The notes beneath the pieces are model-generated. The model searched no databases. It was not told where the DNA came from and saw nothing but the letters and a program-made list of their open reading frames with translations. 64,000 nt of DNA, taken from positions 14,862 to 78,861 of the forward strand of contig PFDS01000040.1 in the NCBI GenBank assembly GCA_002772605.1, in the 5' to 3' direction. The stretch's first letter is position 1. Every line of letters starts with the position of its first letter. The translations under genes and the position numbers were made by a program. Positions 59,567 to 64,000 of the stretch are shown here, in pieces. Source of the stretch: Candidatus Peregrinibacteria bacterium CG10_big_fil_rev_8_21_14_0_10_49_16. GTDB lineage: Bacteria; Patescibacteriota; Gracilibacteria; Peribacterales; Peribacteraceae.

Positions 59567-59581
59567 ATCGCAGTATAGACA

Positions 59582-60109
59582 TTACTCCTTCTTCTTATCA
59601 ACCAAATTGAGAGGAATATTGAGTTCCTCAGTATGTGTTTCACCCTGCCAAACAGCCGGAAACACAATCGCAAAACGCACCGCAGATTTATCATCATTAT
59701 ACGCAGGCCCTTCAATACGAACAGCTGTTCTTATATCTTCAAATGACAAAGGTTGTGACACATCCACTTGATCACCCAGAAGAACTTTCACGCGCTCCTG
59801 ATGGAGAGACCGTTCTGTCTCCAGAAAACATTGTAAGTTATGTAAATGTGGCACAAGGCGTTGCTCAAACTCTGCAAATTTCCTTTCAAATTCTCCAAGG
59901 CTGATGGGATACCGGGAACAGATGTCACGTACGTACTTTGCAAAAAATGCAACCCATATAAACAGTTTTTCATTCAGATCATCTACTCCTAAATCCCACC
60001 GTAACAATAAACCCTTTTGCATGTCCATGAATTCCGAAAATGAAGCAGGTTCACCATCCTCACGTCGACCATGAATAAAACCGGACTCAACCATCATATC
60101 ATTATACAT
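59582..60109 (-). CDS. hypothetical protein
   Basis: AT-rich ORF; start uncertain. Confidence 0.5.
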   Translation of the reverse strand: MYNDMMVESGFIHGRREDGEPASFSEFMDMQKGLLLRWDLGVDDLNEKLFIWVAFFAKYVRDICSRYPISLGEFERKFAEFEQRLVPHLHNLQCFLETERSLHQERVKVLLGDQVDVSQPLSFEDIRTAVRIEGPAYNDDKSAVRFAIVFPAVWQGETHTEELNIPLNLVDKKKE

Positions 60110-60183
60110 ATTTTTCTTATTTCGAACAATATACAACCTACTATCAACGTCTCTGCCTTTGCAATATACTGGATACATACATC

Positions 60184-61428
60184 ATGAGACGTCTCTGGAT
60201 TTTCCTTATTGTGGCATTTATTCCCGCAATCATCCTCGCGGGCATCTATCCGGAAAAAGCATTTAAGGGACAGATTCCCGAAGGGCGTTATCTCACGAGT
60301 CCCGGAGCGGACATTGTGGCTTTTGTGCGTGATGGTTGTCCGCACTGTGCCGCATTCGAACGTTTCGCACATGAGAATGAATGGGAAGTGGAATACCACG
60401 AGGTCACACAAGTCGATACACAGAAAATGTTCCATGAGTTGCAGGCGGTCGCTCCTGCTCTCCAACAGGGTGTTCCCACAATCATCATTAACGGACATGT
60501 CTCCCAAGGCTACGATAAAGATGAAAATACAGGACAGTACCTCAAAAACATCTTAGATGAATGCCAATCGTCCGAAGAAGGATGTCTCCCGTATGAAGAA
60601 TTCCTGGCTACGGCATCAAACGTGGAAGTGGAAACTGCCACAGGTGTCTGCACGGAAGAATGTGCAGTGGATGAGAGTAAATATATCTTCAATATGTGGA
60701 TTTTCGGGCAGGTGAACCTCCTCGATCTCACACTTCCCGCATTGAGTATCTTCGTTGGGTTCCTTGATGGGTTTAATCCTTGCGCCATGTGGGTGCTCAT
60801 TACCCTCCTGACGCTTCTCATTGGAACAAATGACATGCGCAAAGTGTGGGTCATCGGCGGTACATTCCTCTTCGTCAGTGGTGCCATCTACTACATCTTC
60901 ATCGCAGCATGGCTCAATGTTTTCCTACTCATTGGATTTAATGTCTGGGTCCAGAAAATCATCGGTCTGGTCGCGATTGGCGCCGGTGGATTCTACCTCT
61001 ACGAAGCACTCGGAAAAGACCCGAATGTGTGCCATGTGACTGACCAAGCGCGTCGCCAAAAGATCATCAACCGCATGAAGGAGCTTTCGCAGTACGCCGC
61101 GTGGCCGGCAATGATTCTCGGGGTCGCCATTCTCGCGATCTCGGTCAACATGATTGAACTTGTCTGTACTGCCGGTCTTCCTGCGGTCTTCACGCAAATT
61201 CTCGCATTCAATGAAGTAAGCAACCTCGCACGCTACGGCTACATCGGTCTCTACATCCTGCTCTACATGATCGATGACATCATCATCTTCGGTATCGCCG
61301 TCTACACACTTCATGCAACAGGACTCACTACCAAGTACCGCCGCTTCACGCTCATCTTCGGCGGTCTTCTCATGTACGTCCTCGGCCTTCTCCTCATCTA
61401 CTGGCCCGAAACACTGACATTCGGTTAA
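60184..61428 (+). CDS. glutaredoxin-like domain plus DsbD/CcdA-like membrane domain
   Basis: CPHC and VP motifs, then DGFNPCA and ELVCTAGLP in a 6-TM region. Confidence 0.85.
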   Translation: MRRLWIFLIVAFIPAIILAGIYPEKAFKGQIPEGRYLTSPGADIVAFVRDGCPHCAAFERFAHENEWEVEYHEVTQVDTQKMFHELQAVAPALQQGVPTIIINGHVSQGYDKDENTGQYLKNILDECQSSEEGCLPYEEFLATASNVEVETATGVCTEECAVDESKYIFNMWIFGQVNLLDLTLPALSIFVGFLDGFNPCAMWVLITLLTLLIGTNDMRKVWVIGGTFLFVSGAIYYIFIAAWLNVFLLIGFNVWVQKIIGLVAIGAGGFYLYEALGKDPNVCHVTDQARRQKIINRMKELSQYAAWPAMILGVAILAISVNMIELVCTAGLPAVFTQILAFNEVSNLARYGYIGLYILLYMIDDIIIFGIAVYTLHATGLTTKYRRFTLIFGGLLMYVLGLLLIYWPETLTFG

Positions 61429-61489
61429 TTCCGAGTGTCCTACACGCACTTCATTCTGTCATAAACTTCGCTACACTGTTCATCATAGT

Positions 61490-61564
<75 letters not shown>

Positions 61565-61581
61565 CCTGTACCCACTCCTTA

Positions 61582-61914
61582 ATGGCGAGCACAAAAGAAT
61601 TTGAGGCAATTGATATCCGCGTTGGCGTAGTGAAACACATCGAACCTTTCCCTGAGGGGAAGTATTCAACGCATATCTTATATATCGACTTCGGCGAAGA
61701 AATCGGAACAAAGAAATCTCTCGCACGACTGACACCACACTACACAACGGACAGTCTGCTCCATAAACACGTTTTAGGAGTTGTCAATTTTCCACCACGA
61801 CAAATAGGGAAACACATTTCAGAAGTGCTAACACTCGGCGTTCCTGATGCAAAGGGGAACACTGTTCTCATTCAACCTGAAAGAGATGTGCCACTGGGAG
61901 GAAAACTGTATTAA
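61582..61914 (+). CDS. csaA: CsaA/Trbp111 tRNA-binding chaperone
   Basis: DIRVG, IDFG..IG.KKS, VNFPPRQIG and SEVLTLG motifs. Confidence 0.9.
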   Translation: MASTKEFEAIDIRVGVVKHIEPFPEGKYSTHILYIDFGEEIGTKKSLARLTPHYTTDSLLHKHVLGVVNFPPRQIGKHISEVLTLGVPDAKGNTVLIQPERDVPLGGKLY

Positions 61915-61916
61915 AC

Positions 61917-62492
61917 CTACTTCTCTTCTTTTTTAATACTCTGTTCAAACGTTAGGGAACGAAGCATCGTCAATGCCTGACGTTCAACGGCTTTATCAGT
62001 ACTGACAGGGAGTACGGCAGTGATGGTATAACCAACGCCACGGGAGACAGAACTTAGTTGATAGAAACGTTTTTTGGGTTCTTCAGTGACCGGTTGTGCG
62101 ATGAAAGTATGAAGATGCACTTTCTTTCCATCAATCTTCAGCTCCTGCTTGTCTACCTGCTCAAATGCAGGCAGGGAAGCTACAGAAACTACGTTCGACT
62201 CGCTGTATGTAGACGCATCGAAATCACGCGTGAGAATTTCTTTGGTCACAAGCACGGTCGGAATGTTTCCGGAAACCAACTGCTCTGATTGAAATACCAC
62301 CACGACCTCCTGCGGTATGCCACGCTCACGCAGCTGCTCTGTACTCACCTCATTCCAGCCTGCAGGCACACACACCCCCACAAGACCATCCCAGTACTGT
62401 TTTTGACACGAAACAGATTCTGAAGCTCCACATGCAAATAGGAGCACTGACGAGAAAAGGGCGAATACGAGAGTGGAACGTGTGCTTTTCAT
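61917..62492 (-). CDS. lipoprotein, PsbP/DcrB-like fold
   Basis: Lipobox LFAC; VPAGW, IDGKK, YTIT and SLTF pattern. Confidence 0.65.
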   Translation of the reverse strand: MKSTRSTLVFALFSSVLLFACGASESVSCQKQYWDGLVGVCVPAGWNEVSTEQLRERGIPQEVVVVFQSEQLVSGNIPTVLVTKEILTRDFDASTYSESNVVSVASLPAFEQVDKQELKIDGKKVHLHTFIAQPVTEEPKKRFYQLSSVSRGVGYTITAVLPVSTDKAVERQALTMLRSLTFEQSIKKEEK

Positions 62493-62643
62493 ATATGTGA
62501 TAGTATATACACCTCTGCTGCTTCTCCGCGAAGAAATGAGATTCCTGAAGAGGAAAAGGGTATGGACATTTGTAAAAAATAGTTCATGAATAACATGTAG
62601 GAATTGAGTGAAGCGCAAAAAAAGTGTAAAATAATAAGATTTT

Positions 62644-64000
62644 ATGCGCCAATTCGCACTTCTCCTCGTTGGCTTCGCGCTCCTCATCCCAGAGGTACAT
62701 GCACAGACGGTCACCGTTGATGATACCATCGTAGGACTCAGTACAAGTATTCAATTGGAAGGATTCCAACCAAGAGAAGTTCTCACGCTCCATGTTCGTA
62801 GCCCTGAGGATGAAGAACTCTCCCTGCAAGGACAAACGGATGACGTAGGCAACGCGCACCTTGCGCTGCCGGGATATGCATTGGAAAAAGCAGGTGTGTA
62901 CACCATCCGCATTACACCTACAAACATACAAGCACAATTCACCGTACATCCAGAGTCTATTGATACAAAAACATCTTTTATTACCGCGGAACGTGCCACC
63001 ATTATTCCCAACGGTACAGATGAGCTCACCGTGCAAGTGACATTGTTTGACCAGTACGAAAACCCTCTTCCCACACGACCTGTGGCACTCATTTCCAATC
63101 GCACGGAAGATAGCGTGTCAGAACAAACAAAAGAGACGAACGCGAACGGAATACAGTACTTTACCGTACGCACGCAAAGAGAAGGCGTGCTGACACTACG
63201 AGCAATGGATCTCCTCAGCGGACAAATGCTCGACGACTCATTCGCCGTGCGCACGCAAAGCACTGCAGGCCCTGTTTCTTCTTCTACTACAAAAAATCCT
63301 TCCTGGAGAATTCTCACCGCCCAGGCAGGGAAGAGTTTTGATGTCATTGATCACTTTGAAATCACCGTACCGGACCAAATGCAGGTGGGTATTGCCGCAC
63401 AGTCGTTTGCTATCCGTGCAGTAGATCGCGATGGACGGTCCGTGGAAAACTACGACGGAGAAGTGGAAATTACCACAACAGATCCTGATGCGGATGTCCC
63501 CTTCAAACAGGGACCGAACAAAGGATTGTATAAATTCCAAGAAAGCGATCAGGGAGAAAGAAAATTTGCTCTTGCTCTCACATTCTACTCACCAGGAACC
63601 CACACCATCCGTGTACAGGACAAAAAACAACCAGAAACTATTTTCGGGGAAAAAGAGATCACCGTCACGGGAAAAGCAGTGAGTCCCGGGGGGAAATCCA
63701 TCCGCATCACATCCCACAAAGATGGAGATACGGTAAATTCAGCGAAAATAATGCTTGAAGGACAAGGTCCATCCTACATTGATGTGAGGATCATGGGTGG
63801 GAAAGAAGATGTGATTACAGACACCAACAATCTGGAAGGTACATTTTCCGCAGAGATTGAACTCCACGAAGATCATAGAGAATTCACAATTCGCGTACAG
63901 GATATTAACAACCCAAAAACAGAATCTGCACCTATTCACCTCTTTCTCGATAATGAGCCACCGGACATTCAAAGCATCACCTTCTCTCCGGAAAAGCCTA
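62644..64000 (+). CDS. large secreted protein with Ig-like (invasin/Big) domains, truncated by the window end
   Basis: Signal peptide MRQFALLLVGFALLIPEVHA; NGTDELTVQVTLFDQYENP and TNANG motifs; absent from the ORF track, consistent with no stop before 64000. Confidence 0.75.
   Translation, partial: MRQFALLLVGFALLIPEVHAQTVTVDDTIVGLSTSIQLEGFQPREVLTLHVRSPEDEELSLQGQTDDVGNAHLALPGYALEKAGVYTIRITPTNIQAQFTVHPESIDTKTSFITAERATIIPNGTDELTVQVTLFDQYENPLPTRPVALISNRTEDSVSEQTKETNANGIQYFTVRTQREGVLTLRAMDLLSGQMLDDSFAVRTQSTAGPVSSSTTKNPSWRILTAQAGKSFDVIDHFEITVPDQMQVGIAAQSFAIRAVDRDGRSVENYDGEVEITTTDPDADVPFKQGPNKGLYKFQESDQGERKFALALTFYSPGTHTIRVQDKKQPETIFGEKEITVTGKAVSPGGKSIRITSHKDGDTVNSAKIMLEGQGPSYIDVRIMGGKEDVITDTNNLEGTFSAEIELHEDHREFTIRVQDINNPKTESAPIHLFLDNEPPDIQSITFSPEKP

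Overview
Ordinary chromosomal DNA, genetic code 11, most likely from a Patescibacteria/CPR bacterium (Peregrinibacteria/Peribacteria-like). That placement is inferred from gene content: PrgI and T4SS-like ATPases, a hybrid mevalonate pathway, archaeal-type purP and leaderless genes. Housekeeping genes include clpC, rpsA, trpS, dnaX, glyA, gyrA, ruvA, pgi, trxA, pckA, ndk, dcd, hrcA and rpmE. There are four intact tRNAs (Gly, Val, Ala, Cys), two CIRCE operators and several dispersed palindromic repeat families. No CRISPR array, rRNA, prophage or transposase was seen. The three strongest candidates for something new are: (1) a ~580-nt, promoter-to-terminator, densely helical intergenic transcript with no credible ORF (42801-43385); (2) a mevalonate cluster that has no phosphomevalonate kinase but ends in a DUF35-OB/guanylate-kinase-like fusion; (3) a GIY-YIG gene lying between tRNA-Val and a degenerate tRNA-Val copy carrying two double-hairpin insertions. 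All family assignments come from motif recognition by eye; no searches were run.
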